The translations under genes were made by a program, and so were the position numbers. From the IMG/VR virus record IMGVR_UViG_3300032053_000094, positions 1 to 55,923 of that record: 55,923 nucleotides of DNA; one strand, given 5' to 3'. Position 1 is the first letter of the stretch. Each line of letters starts with the position of its first letter. This DNA is from a virus. Lineage: Duplodnaviria; Caudoviricetes. Shown here one piece after another: positions 1 through 9,151 of the stretch. The notes beneath the pieces are model-generated. The model worked only from the letters and a program-made list of their open reading frames with translations, ran no database searches and was not told the origin of the DNA.

Positions 1-2
1 AT

Positions 3-251
3 TATTTTACCGAAGATAATGTTTTTAAACTAAACGGAAATATCTACTCAATAGATGATACATGTAAAGTAAATAGAAACGATATATCTGATGGAATTAA
101 CAATGGTGATGATGTTATAATTAAAATAGATAGTTCTTTCTTGGTTGCAGTTATAATACCAAGAAGTTTAGAAACCAAACTAAAAAACGCAATTGATAAT
201 GAAGATTATGAATTAGCAAAAACAATAAATGATAAAATTAAAAATAAGTAA
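3..251 (+). CDS. 3' end of a protein with C-terminal UVR (UvrB/C coiled-coil) motif; 5' truncated by window
   Basis: Open frame 3-251 (not in ORF track) ending ...SLETKLKNAIDNEDYELAKTINDKIKNK*; 'AIxxEDYExA' matches UVR motif. Confidence 0.65.
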   Translation, partial: YFTEDNVFKLNGNIYSIDDTCKVNRNDISDGINNGDDVIIKIDSSFLVAVIIPRSLETKLKNAIDNEDYELAKTINDKIKNK

Positions 252-252
252 A

Positions 253-417
253 ATGGAAAATTTAACGATTAAAATCACTATTAGTGATAATGAAAAAGAA
301 ATAAAAGTTTCAAACATTAATGTGAACGATTATCAAAAAACTAAAGACTTACATGGTATCTCTTTAGTTGATGAAATGGTTGGTGAATTACTATCTAGAA
401 TCGAAGCGGAAAAATAA
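253..417 (+). CDS. small hypothetical protein (MENLTIK... start more likely than 229)
   Basis: ATG 253 follows previous stop at 251. Confidence 0.55.
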   Translation: MENLTIKITISDNEKEIKVSNINVNDYQKTKDLHGISLVDEMVGELLSRIEAEK

Positions 418-441
418 TAACTTTACAAAAAATAAAATAAA

Positions 442-915
442 ATGAGTAGAATAGAAGAAATTAAAAAAAGAGTTGATAAATCAGATAATGTTTTATTATT
501 TGATAAACATGAATTAGATTCTTTAAAAAAGATTACTAAAACAACCAAAATTAGCGAGTATGAAGTTTTAACGGATGATGGTTTTATTGATATAGAAGCA
601 TTGCATGAGACAATACCATATGAAGTATATCATCTTAAATTAAGTGATGGAAAAGAGCTTAAATGTGCTGATAACCATATTGTATTTGTTTCTGAATATC
701 ATGAAACTACTTCTGAACCAATTGGTTTAATCGAAGTATTTGTTAAAGATTTACAAATGGGTTCGTTTGTTATGGTATCAGATAATAATGGTAACCTAAC
801 AGAATCAGAAGTTATTGAAGTAACCAATTTAGGTTATGAAGAGATAATGTATGACCTTGAATTAAAAGAAGGTTCTAATAGACGATATTATACTAATGGA
901 ATTTTAAGTCATAAC
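442..915 (+). mobile_element. intein (Hint) C-portion, ~158 aa, lacking N-terminal block A; probable split intein
   Basis: Block B-like 'LKCADNHIVF', block F 'MYDLEL', block G 'YYTNGILSHN|T' at the Walker A K|T junction; no N-extein or Cys1 in this ORF. Confidence 0.8.
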
Positions 916-1704
916 ACATACCTTGCAAAACAACTGGCAAAAGAAATTTTTGGTAGTGAGGAAGCATTAATACGTATGGATATGTCAGAATATCAAGAAA
1001 AACATACGGTATCCCGTTTAGTTGGTGCTCCTCCAGGATATGTCGGATATGATGAGGGTGGACAATTAACTGAACAAGTTAAGAATAAACCATACTCAGT
1101 AATATTGTTTGATGAGATTGAAAAGGCAAATAAAGATATATTTTCAGCTCTACTTCAAATGTTAGATGATGGTCATATGACAGATGGTTTAGGTCGTAAA
1201 ATTAATTTTAAAAATTGCATCATTATTATGACATCTAATCTTGGTATTAAAAAAATGCAAGATTTTGGAAATGGTGTTGGATTTACAAATGCAAATAACG
1301 TATTTGCAAATGAAGAATTAAGAAAAGACACACTTCAAAAAGAACTTAAAAAATTCTTTTCTCCTGAATTCTTAAACCGTATTGATGATATTGTTGTTTT
1401 CAATTCTTTGAAACAAAATGATGTTGATAAAATTGTGAAAATTGAAATAGAAAAACTAAAAACAAGATTAGACGGTATCAACTATTTCATAACATTTGAT
1501 AAGTCAATTCAAGAAATGATATCAAAAGTAGGTTTCGATGAAATGTATGGTGCAAGACCATTAAAAAGAGCAATCCAGGATAAGGTTGAAGATTTTATAT
1601 CTGAAGAAGTTCTTAAAGGTAATATTAAAGAGTACACAAAATATACCTTAAAAACTACTGATGGTGAAACATTGCAAGTGTCTAAAAATAAAAAAGGGAG
1701 TTAA
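442..1704 (+). CDS. clpC: C-terminal intein fragment fused to C-terminal part of ClpC/ClpB AAA+ (NBD2 from Walker A Thr onward)
   Basis: TYLAKQLA..RMDMSEYQEKHTVSRLVGAPPGYVGYDEGGQLTE, Walker B ILFDEIEKA, IIIMTSN, PEFLNRID, YGARPLKR. Confidence 0.9.
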   Translation: MSRIEEIKKRVDKSDNVLLFDKHELDSLKKITKTTKISEYEVLTDDGFIDIEALHETIPYEVYHLKLSDGKELKCADNHIVFVSEYHETTSEPIGLIEVFVKDLQMGSFVMVSDNNGNLTESEVIEVTNLGYEEIMYDLELKEGSNRRYYTNGILSHNTYLAKQLAKEIFGSEEALIRMDMSEYQEKHTVSRLVGAPPGYVGYDEGGQLTEQVKNKPYSVILFDEIEKANKDIFSALLQMLDDGHMTDGLGRKINFKNCIIIMTSNLGIKKMQDFGNGVGFTNANNVFANEELRKDTLQKELKKFFSPEFLNRIDDIVVFNSLKQNDVDKIVKIEIEKLKTRLDGINYFITFDKSIQEMISKVGFDEMYGARPLKRAIQDKVEDFISEEVLKGNIKEYTKYTLKTTDGETLQVSKNKKGS

Positions 1705-1716
1705 TCTCCCTTTTTT
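1690..1716. terminator. bidirectional intrinsic terminator
   Basis: aaaaaagggag-ttaat-ctccctttttt between convergent genes. Confidence 0.75.
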
Positions 1717-1718
1717 AT

Positions 1719-2981
1719 TTATTGATACCCATGTATATTTCTTAAAAACATGTCCAAATCTTTAAAATACTGATTATCTCTAGTTATCGCTACATTTTGT
1801 TCGGTTTTAATGAACCAAGTATCTGATATTAATGTTCCATTTTCATATAACTTACCAAAACCAGGTATTACAAACCACTCTCCATTTTTTTTACCTGTTG
1901 TTTCTGTATTTGAACCGCTTGATTCATAACATAATATTTTTTCTCCTTTTGGTAATTTAATTTCAAAAACATTTCTTCCTGTAATATATTGTTTACCTAT
2001 GATTTTTATTTTTGTTTGGTCAAATGGTTCACCTTTATATCTATCACACATATTGGTCAATTGTCTAAGGAATACGTATTGTCTATTCATTAAATCATCA
2101 GGAAGTTCATTAGGTATTGTGTCTACTCTCCAATTTTCTCTTAAATCTATTGGTGGTATTTCCTCCAAATGAATCTCAGGAATATCTTTTTCAATAATAT
2201 TTAGAATTTTTTTTCTAAACTCTGTTCCGTCCGACAATTTTCTTGGGAGTTTATTCAAATTATCATTTAGTCCTGTTTCATGTCCACTAACATGACCTTT
2301 TATAAACCAATCTAAATATGTTACTGGTGTCTCATAACCTGTTTCTGAAACAAAATACATTATTTGTTTATTGGTTTTTGGGTCCCATTTAAACGTGTAG
2401 TTTTCTGTGTTAAAAGTAGAACTTAAAAAAGTCTCTAATTCATCTTTTACTTTTTTATCTTTTATTGTACTTTCAACTCTATTAGATAGAACATCTTTTA
2501 ATGTTATCTTAAGATTATTTTTTGGAGTTACTTTTATATTAGGTTTAATTTTTTTTAACGTCTCAAATTCATTTCTTATATTTTTTCCAAAAAGTCTTTC
2601 AATGGAATTAAGACCTTCCTCATTTGTTGATTTTAAATTGTAAATTTCCTCAATCTTTTTTTCCCAAGTTTTTGTAAACTCTTTAGCAAAATTTCTATTT
2701 ATATTTGAAATATTTAAAATTAAATTTAATAATTTACGACTACCCCCAACTCCTTCTGACCCACATTGAGTTATGTATTTTTCTAAGTTTTTTTCAATTG
2801 TTTGTTCATTTTTTGGTAAAAGATTTCTAATAAAATTTCCAACTTTTGAATCTTCCAAATATTTTAATATTCGTTCTGATGCTAATTCAAAATTTTGTTC
2901 AACTAATACTATATTTTTAGTTACTGAATAGTTTTGATATTGAGATAAGATTTCTTTTTTTTCTTGTTCTGATATTATCAT
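1719..2981 (-). CDS. hypothetical protein with N-terminal 'IISEQEKKEIL' leader
   Basis: 420-aa ORF; leader shared with many ORFs here. Confidence 0.75.
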   Translation of the reverse strand: MIISEQEKKEILSQYQNYSVTKNIVLVEQNFELASERILKYLEDSKVGNFIRNLLPKNEQTIEKNLEKYITQCGSEGVGGSRKLLNLILNISNINRNFAKEFTKTWEKKIEEIYNLKSTNEEGLNSIERLFGKNIRNEFETLKKIKPNIKVTPKNNLKITLKDVLSNRVESTIKDKKVKDELETFLSSTFNTENYTFKWDPKTNKQIMYFVSETGYETPVTYLDWFIKGHVSGHETGLNDNLNKLPRKLSDGTEFRKKILNIIEKDIPEIHLEEIPPIDLRENWRVDTIPNELPDDLMNRQYVFLRQLTNMCDRYKGEPFDQTKIKIIGKQYITGRNVFEIKLPKGEKILCYESSGSNTETTGKKNGEWFVIPGFGKLYENGTLISDTWFIKTEQNVAITRDNQYFKDLDMFLRNIHGYQ

Positions 2982-3003
2982 TAGAGACTTTTAATCATAA
3001 ATA

Positions 3004-3834
3004 TTACCAATTTGTAAATGAGTCTGATTTTTCTAATGTCTTATGATACTTTTGATACCCCAATAACTCAATCATTTTCTTACCCATTTCAATTCCGTTA
3101 AAAGTATCCTCAACAACAACGTATTCATTTTTTGTATGATAGTCATAATAACCTATTGAAAAATTAATACATGAAAAATCAAACTTAGCTTTTAGTGCAT
3201 ATACATCAGTATAAGGATGTCTCATGTATTGACGTTTTTCATTCATATTCTCATTTAAAATTTTATCACATTTTTGAAAAAATTCGCTATCTCTATCAAA
3301 TAATTTTGTACCAAAACAAGTTTCAGTAATCATCCAGTTTTCAGGTGCGTCGAATTGAATTGCATACCCCACATTTGTAAAAAAACTTGGTTCGGCTTTC
3401 TTAGAACCATGACAACCTGTTTCCTCAGAAACAAAAAAAGCGGCTTTAAGATTCGGTAGTTCCTTTAACAATTCCAAACAAGCGAATACACCACATTTGT
3501 CATCACCACCAATTCCTGTGGGTTTTCCTTCGTCATTATAAGCTTTCAGGGATAATTTGAGTTCACCATGTGCATTAGGTTTCATCTCCTCAACAACATT
3601 AATTGTATCTATTCTATGGACTGTATCCGTGTGAGCAATTACGCAAGGGAAGATAAAATCATCAGGTAAATCACCAGTTTGTTTGATGGCATACACATTA
3701 AGATATTCATCAACATAATGTTCAATTTTATTCTCATGTAACCAATCTGAAATAAATTGAACCATTCTGTCTTCTTCGTATGTAACGGTGGGGACTGATA
3801 AAATTTCTTTTAATAACTCTAAATTTCTTGACAT
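3004..3834 (-). CDS. M20/M28 family zinc peptidase
   Basis: AHTDTVH, GGDDKCG, SEETG, QFD, YHTKNE metal-ligand motifs. Confidence 0.85.
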   Translation of the reverse strand: MSRNLELLKEILSVPTVTYEEDRMVQFISDWLHENKIEHYVDEYLNVYAIKQTGDLPDDFIFPCVIAHTDTVHRIDTINVVEEMKPNAHGELKLSLKAYNDEGKPTGIGGDDKCGVFACLELLKELPNLKAAFFVSEETGCHGSKKAEPSFFTNVGYAIQFDAPENWMITETCFGTKLFDRDSEFFQKCDKILNENMNEKRQYMRHPYTDVYALKAKFDFSCINFSIGYYDYHTKNEYVVVEDTFNGIEMGKKMIELLGYQKYHKTLEKSDSFTNW

Positions 3835-3875
3835 TTTATATATTTTTTATAAAGGTAAGAAATTAATTTGACATA

Positions 3876-4904
3876 TTAAAATAATTCTGGGTGGTATAAG
3901 AATAAATTAAACCTTTCCAACGATAAACTACCTTTTTTGAAATCTTGAGTCATTTTTTTCTTATATTCAAAAATAATTTCATTTGTTTCTGGATTAACAC
4001 CATTAATTTTAAACATAATATTTTTATCTTTGGGTAAATCATACCAAACATTTGATTTGTACTTATACTTCTCTAAAGTTTCTCTAATTTTTTTATAATC
4101 CTCAATGTTTTTAAATCTGTCGGACTCTAATAACTCATCTTTAATTTTTTCTAAATTCCATGTTACGGTTCTGTTAAAACTGGCATCATCAAACTTGTCT
4201 TGGTAATTATACTCATAATAATCACTGTAGGTATTGTCCTCAATCCCTTTATCTTTACCTAACTTTTTTAGTATTTCATAAATGTCAGATGATTTATCAT
4301 CAAACCTATCATATATTTTTATTAACGTATCTACAGTAGTGTAATATTTGTAAAAACAACTATCACCTGCCTGATAAATCCCATCCCCCATAAAAATATC
4401 ACATAAGTCCTTTCTAACCGCTTCCTTCATGGTGTTCTCAATAGCGTTATCCATCTCACCTGTATAATCACCAACAATTATGTCAATTCTATTATGAAAT
4501 GTTTCATCCATAAATCTACAAAACTGAATCAATTGATTATAGTCCTCTAAATCTAATTCAGGTAAGAGATATTGTTTAATTTCCTCAAATATTTCTTTGT
4601 TCTCATCATTAAAATAGTTATACAAATAACCTTCTCTCCAATCATCTGCTGCAGTATAACTATCATACCACTCCATACCACCATAGTATGAAAAAATTCT
4701 AGATAAATCAGTGACTTTATATTCATCAAAACCAAATAACTTAAAATATTCTGAATCATCCTCAAATTTTAACACCATAATACCATTATCCCTAAGGTCA
4801 AAAATCATATCGTCTTTAATATGAACCGCACTAAGTGCTCCCTGATTAAACATATGAAGTTGCATATACAACCAATCTTCTTTCGCTTCTCGGATAATTC
4901 TCAT
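3876..4904 (-). CDS. acidic hypothetical protein (possible paralog of 52462-53439)
   Basis: 342-aa ORF, TATTTAT upstream, D/E/Y-rich. Confidence 0.75.
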   Translation of the reverse strand: MRIIREAKEDWLYMQLHMFNQGALSAVHIKDDMIFDLRDNGIMVLKFEDDSEYFKLFGFDEYKVTDLSRIFSYYGGMEWYDSYTAADDWREGYLYNYFNDENKEIFEEIKQYLLPELDLEDYNQLIQFCRFMDETFHNRIDIIVGDYTGEMDNAIENTMKEAVRKDLCDIFMGDGIYQAGDSCFYKYYTTVDTLIKIYDRFDDKSSDIYEILKKLGKDKGIEDNTYSDYYEYNYQDKFDDASFNRTVTWNLEKIKDELLESDRFKNIEDYKKIRETLEKYKYKSNVWYDLPKDKNIMFKINGVNPETNEIIFEYKKKMTQDFKKGSLSLERFNLFLYHPELF

Positions 4905-4934
4905 AAACTGCTTTTTAATATAAATACCATTTTT

Positions 4935-4966
4935 GTTTGGAAACTAAATATTTATTCGTATCTTTG
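4935..4966 (+). promoter_or_regulatory. Bacteroidota sigma70-type promoter for tmRNA
   Basis: TTTG then TATCTTTG (4959-4966) ~20 nt later; matches -33 TTTG/-7 TAnnTTTG. Confidence 0.7.
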
Positions 4967-4987
4967 TTTAAGTTATTTGAAATTAAT

Positions 4988-5410
4988 GGGGTAGGTATAG
5001 GCATTTGATTTCAGATATCAGGGATAAATGGCACGTAGTCGGATGTCATCTACGACTTGAATCCACGGTGGTAAAATTTAAACGGCAACGTTTTGAACAA
5101 AATGTCTCTTGCTGGTCTTATTAGACAAGACGAGACAGTATCTGTAGCTTAATTGTTATGATACCTTCGGGTCGGGAAGCATACAACCTAGGAACAGCAG
5201 CTTCGTAAGGTTTGACATATACCAGTAAAATGTGTCGGGAGTGACGGGTCAGAGCTCTTTAAAATAATTCTGAGACCAAGTTGTTTGCAGGTGGGTTTCT
5301 CACATATATCAAACCTGATATTTCGGAACATTGAGAACTAATGTTGTACTAAACGTGTAGTCATTTATTGTTGAATCGGAAAGACCGCGGTTCGAATCCG
5401 CGCTACTCCA
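4988..5410 (+). ncRNA. ssrA: tmRNA; predicted tag ORF 5084-5152 (A)GNVLNKMSLAGLIRQDETVSVA*
   Basis: GGGGTAG/CTACTCC-A acceptor stem with G3:U70, T-arm CGCGG-TTCGAAT-CCGCG, internal ORF starting GGC and ending in Ala. Confidence 0.92.
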
Positions 5411-5421
5411 CCTCCACAATC

Positions 5422-5459
5422 AAATCCCGTCATCTCCATTAAATTTGACGGGATTTTTT
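5422..5459. terminator. terminator between tmRNA and HNH gene
   Basis: aaatcccgtca...tgacgggattttt inverted repeat. Confidence 0.7.
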
Positions 5460-5996
5460 ATTCATATTTTCACATATAATTTTACATAATTCCCAAACCT
5501 CTTCATCAGTCATAGTGTTTTTCATATAGTTGATTGATTTGGAAACCCATCTTATATTACCTTTTTCATATCCTTTATTACTATCTATTCTATCTAATGA
5601 TGCGGAGTATATTTGACTTGGTTTGTCTTTACTATAAGACATAAGTTCTAATTTAACACCCGAATAATAACATACACCACTTTGTATATTCCACAACTCT
5701 TTCAAGTCCTCTATGGTTATGTTATAATTTTTGTCTCTTTTTTTTATGGTTCTAAAATGATAATTAAATCCTGTATTTTCGCTTCTTCTATTGTTTGAAT
5801 GTTGAGTAATATCGTATTTGTTTTCTATATTTAGTAAGTGTTTACAATTATTTATACCAACACAAACTCTAGAACAAAAATTATTTCTACCCAATTTTTC
5901 ATTCCTTTTAATTTCCGATAATGGTTTTTCAAATTCAACACCGCAATTATTACAGGTACATTTACCCATTTTTCTATCGTAATTTCTTATTCTCAT
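5439..5996 (-). CDS. free-standing HNH-like (His-Me finger) endonuclease with N-terminal Zn finger
   Basis: CNNC...FCSRVC; CYYSG...SLDRIDSNKGYEKGNIRWVSKSINYMKN. Confidence 0.8.
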   Translation of the reverse strand: MRIRNYDRKMGKCTCNNCGVEFEKPLSEIKRNEKLGRNNFCSRVCVGINNCKHLLNIENKYDITQHSNNRRSENTGFNYHFRTIKKRDKNYNITIEDLKELWNIQSGVCYYSGVKLELMSYSKDKPSQIYSASLDRIDSNKGYEKGNIRWVSKSINYMKNTMTDEEVWELCKIICENMNKKSRQI

Positions 5997-6144
5997 ATCT
6001 TTTATATATAAATATGTGGATGTTAGGGAAAAGATTGTGGAGACGGGAAAATTTCTTTTTTTTAACTATTTGACATTTTTGTTAGATTAAACTATATTTA
6101 TAATCTGAAACAATAAATAAATACCATTAAAAAAAACAGACAAA

Positions 6145-6327
6145 ATGAAAAAAGTATTTTTGGCTTTAACAGTAGCAACTGTGTTAGCATCTTGCGGAGG
6201 TAGTACAACTGGAACAGAATCAACTTGCGACACATGTGTAGTAAAAACAGATTCAACTGTTGTTGTTATTGACACCACTAAAGTGGTAGATACTACTAAA
6301 ACAGTAGAAGTGAAAGAAGTTAAGTAA
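6145..6327 (+). CDS. small lipoprotein
   Basis: MKK + hydrophobic stretch + LASC lipobox, DST/DTT-rich tail, followed by terminator. Confidence 0.75.
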   Translation: MKKVFLALTVATVLASCGGSTTGTESTCDTCVVKTDSTVVVIDTTKVVDTTKTVEVKEVK

Positions 6328-6378
6328 TTTTTATTACGGACTTTAAAATTCTTAAAAACCCTCAATGAGGGTTTTTTT

Positions 6379-7071
6379 TTATCTAATTCTTTTCATCATA
6401 TCTGATAAAGCGGTCATAAAACCAACAAACTTATCTTCGGCAACATCTATTAGGTCTTTAATTTTTTTACCTCCAAACTCCGAATTTAATATTTTATCTA
6501 ATAATGATTCTTCTTTTTCTTGGGACCCTGAAGTACTACCAAAAGAACTTAATGGAGAACCTGGAGTTATTGTCACACCATTACATTTTATTTTACCGTC
6601 ATTTGTTAAAAATTCTTTAATATCGTGACCATCTTCAATACCTATGTGTACGTGGTCATAACTACTATTTGGAAAATCCATAACATATCCTAAAAGTTGT
6701 CCGCACTTTACATGGTCACCTTCTTTAACAGTTGTATCTTTTAAATGGGTATAATAAACATCGGGAAGTCCGTTATCGCTATCTACAGTAAATCCAGCAC
6801 CGAATAATGTTTTACCTTGAGTATGAACAGGAATTGGTCCGTAATTTTTAAAAGTTACTAATTTACCATCGGCAATTGCATAAACAGGTGTACCAATTTG
6901 TGTTGGTATATCCCAAGCATTTCCGCTTTGCCATCCTTTTTGTCCATTGTGACCACCACTTCTTGGTATTGACACTTTAGGTCCACCAAAAAGAGTATCA
7001 CTAGATGAAAGAATTTGTTCTGACATTAATTCTTTAACCCTTAAAATTTCTTGTTGTACTTTTTGTTCCAT
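6379..7071 (-). CDS. M23 family peptidase with N-terminal leader
   Basis: H..AWDI..GTPVYAIADG, YYTHL, VKCGQLLG, HVHIG. Confidence 0.85.
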   Translation of the reverse strand: MEQKVQQEILRVKELMSEQILSSSDTLFGGPKVSIPRSGGHNGQKGWQSGNAWDIPTQIGTPVYAIADGKLVTFKNYGPIPVHTQGKTLFGAGFTVDSDNGLPDVYYTHLKDTTVKEGDHVKCGQLLGYVMDFPNSSYDHVHIGIEDGHDIKEFLTNDGKIKCNGVTITPGSPLSSFGSTSGSQEKEESLLDKILNSEFGGKKIKDLIDVAEDKFVGFMTALSDMMKRIR

Positions 7072-7130
7072 AATTTAATAAATATCTCGGTCTCATTTAA
7101 TGTGTTACAGTATTTATAAATAAAAAACAA

Positions 7131-8000
7131 ATGGAATTACTTAGAATTTATCCAATTGCAAAAACTATACAACCTTTTATTAAAGGTGATGGTGATATAA
7201 CACCTGAAGGAATTTATAAGATAATAACTACAAATCAATATTTGTCATTTATAAATGAATTAATATCTCCTGATAATTTACCTGTATTAGTATTCACTGC
7301 TTACCAACTTTCTATCGGTAATTATGATGAAAAAATTGTTGGTAAAATTAAAAATAATTTATTTGGTTTTAACACTTATGAATTTGGTGACACTGAAAAT
7401 AATGTCGACTGTCCTAAGTGCGATGGTGGTGGTGAAGTAAGTTGTTCTGAATGTGATGGTAATGGTTCAGTAGAGTGTAGGACTTGTGATGGAACTGGTG
7501 AAGAGGATTGTGATGAATGTAACGGTACAGGTGAAGACAATGAAGGTGATAGTTGTAGTGATTGTCATGGTGGAGGTAAGTTTGCTTGTTCTAATTGTGC
7601 TGGGGATGCTAGTGAAGATTGTTCTGAGTGTGGTGGTGGTGGAAATGTTAGTTGTTGGGAATGTGAGGGTACGGGTGAACATCTAATTGACGATAAAGTA
7701 CCATATTCATTGTCAATATACGTATCATACGATACTCAACTAAAAAATGAAATTGAATCCATCATAACTCAAAATAAAGACATTGAAGGAAATTCATTAT
7801 TAAATGAAAAAACATTAACTATTTTTATTGCAGATTATGAAGCGGATACTGAAGAGGTCGAAGAAGTAGATTTAAAATTTGCAAATAAAAATTACTTTGG
7901 TAAAATTGTTGATTTTGAAGAATTAATAATAACTAAAAATCGTAATAATAAATTAACAATTAATAATTTGGATAATCTTGAAGAAAGATTTTATAAATAA
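7131..8000 (+). CDS. protein with 8 DnaJ-type CxxCxGxG zinc-finger repeats, no J domain
   Basis: CPKCDGGG, CSECDGNG, CRTCDGTG, CDECNGTG, CSDCHGGG, CSNCAGDA, CSECGGGG, CWECEGTG. Confidence 0.8.
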   Translation: MELLRIYPIAKTIQPFIKGDGDITPEGIYKIITTNQYLSFINELISPDNLPVLVFTAYQLSIGNYDEKIVGKIKNNLFGFNTYEFGDTENNVDCPKCDGGGEVSCSECDGNGSVECRTCDGTGEEDCDECNGTGEDNEGDSCSDCHGGGKFACSNCAGDASEDCSECGGGGNVSCWECEGTGEHLIDDKVPYSLSIYVSYDTQLKNEIESIITQNKDIEGNSLLNEKTLTIFIADYEADTEEVEEVDLKFANKNYFGKIVDFEELIITKNRNNKLTINNLDNLEERFYK

Positions 8001-8597
8001 TTATTTACCCATTAAAACTCCACCTAAACTTGCAGATATATTAGATAAATGAGAAATATCGTTATCTTCTAACTTAGTTTTTCTTTTTGCAAAATCAATA
8101 CCTAAAATTCCTATGAATTTATCATCTATTGATTTAATTGCAAATAAATAACCTGATTTACATCCAGTATCTTCTGCAATATATTTTAAACCATAGGTGG
8201 CAATTGTTTCATCTTTAAAATCGGGTATCTGAATAGTATCATTTTCTAATAATTGATTAATTGACCTACTAAATAAATTTACTGGAATGCTTTGAAAATT
8301 TGATTGTATTGATGATACATTAGTATTAACTACTTCATAGATAATACTAAATTTTGCCATTGATTTTCCTGTTGGATAATAATTACCACCATTATGAAAT
8401 TGAGCAACCCATACTCTATCGGCTTTGAATTCGTCTCTTATAATTTCAATCTTTGTTTGGATTAATTCACCTTCTTTTAAAGTATCTTCAATAATATCGG
8501 GCTTTTTCTTTCTTTTGTCAAAAAATTGTTTAATTAGTAATAGGGATATAGGTCCTAAAATACCTGTGATAAATGCGACAATTACTTCAGAACTCAT
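8001..8597 (-). CDS. N-terminal TM + GAF-like domain protein (T4 holin T-like architecture)
   Basis: Single TM then basic patch; ADRVWVAQFHNG...SGYLFAIKSIDDKFIGILGIDF GAF-like pattern. Confidence 0.6.
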   Translation of the reverse strand: MSSEVIVAFITGILGPISLLLIKQFFDKRKKKPDIIEDTLKEGELIQTKIEIIRDEFKADRVWVAQFHNGGNYYPTGKSMAKFSIIYEVVNTNVSSIQSNFQSIPVNLFSRSINQLLENDTIQIPDFKDETIATYGLKYIAEDTGCKSGYLFAIKSIDDKFIGILGIDFAKRKTKLEDNDISHLSNISASLGGVLMGK

Positions 8598-8661
8598 AGG
8601 GTTAGCGATTTTAAACTTTATAACTAATAAATATGATTATAAGTATAAAAAACTAAATATA

Positions 8662-9150
8662 TTATTCAAACACCTTATTTTTTTTAAACCAACTTGGGAT
8701 ATTTCTATTTTTCCAATTGGCAATTTCCGATTTTTCACCAATATAATAATTTCTATACGATTGTATAACATCTTCAACTTTGTAGTCGTTTGGCATTGCA
8801 AGTGCAGGTTTTGTAAGTCCTTTGTCACAAATTTGTGCTTTATTTGTGACACACCATTCAATCACATCCTGAGATTTATGTCTTTTACCATACCTGTAGG
8901 TGTACTCTTTAGATAATTCTAATCCAAGTTCACATAGGTACATATAATTAGTTAATGACTCTCTCGCCCATATGGAACAAGGATGGTTTTTGTGTGATAA
9001 TTTATAAGGTACTTGGTCGGTTACTTTATTAGTGATATGATGAACTCCACATAATAACTGAGCGGTTTCCAATATCATCTTAACAACGTGTTTGTCACAA
9101 TGATACTCAGCACATTTTTTAACATCCCAATCTAATAAAAATATATTCAT
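8662..9150 (-). CDS. pyrimidine-dimer DNA glycosylase / endonuclease V-like
   Basis: MNIFLLD..CAEYHCDKHVVKMILETAQLL..HKNHPCSIW..EYTYRYGKRH..YRNYY. Confidence 0.8.
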   Translation of the reverse strand: MNIFLLDWDVKKCAEYHCDKHVVKMILETAQLLCGVHHITNKVTDQVPYKLSHKNHPCSIWARESLTNYMYLCELGLELSKEYTYRYGKRHKSQDVIEWCVTNKAQICDKGLTKPALAMPNDYKVEDVIQSYRNYYIGEKSEIANWKNRNIPSWFKKNKVFE

Positions 9151-9151
9151 A

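Noticed and set aside
6006-6014. TATAAATA on the plus strand as a T4-type late promoter
   Set aside because: It sits upstream of minus-strand genes in reverse orientation; plus-strand genes show TATTTAT instead.
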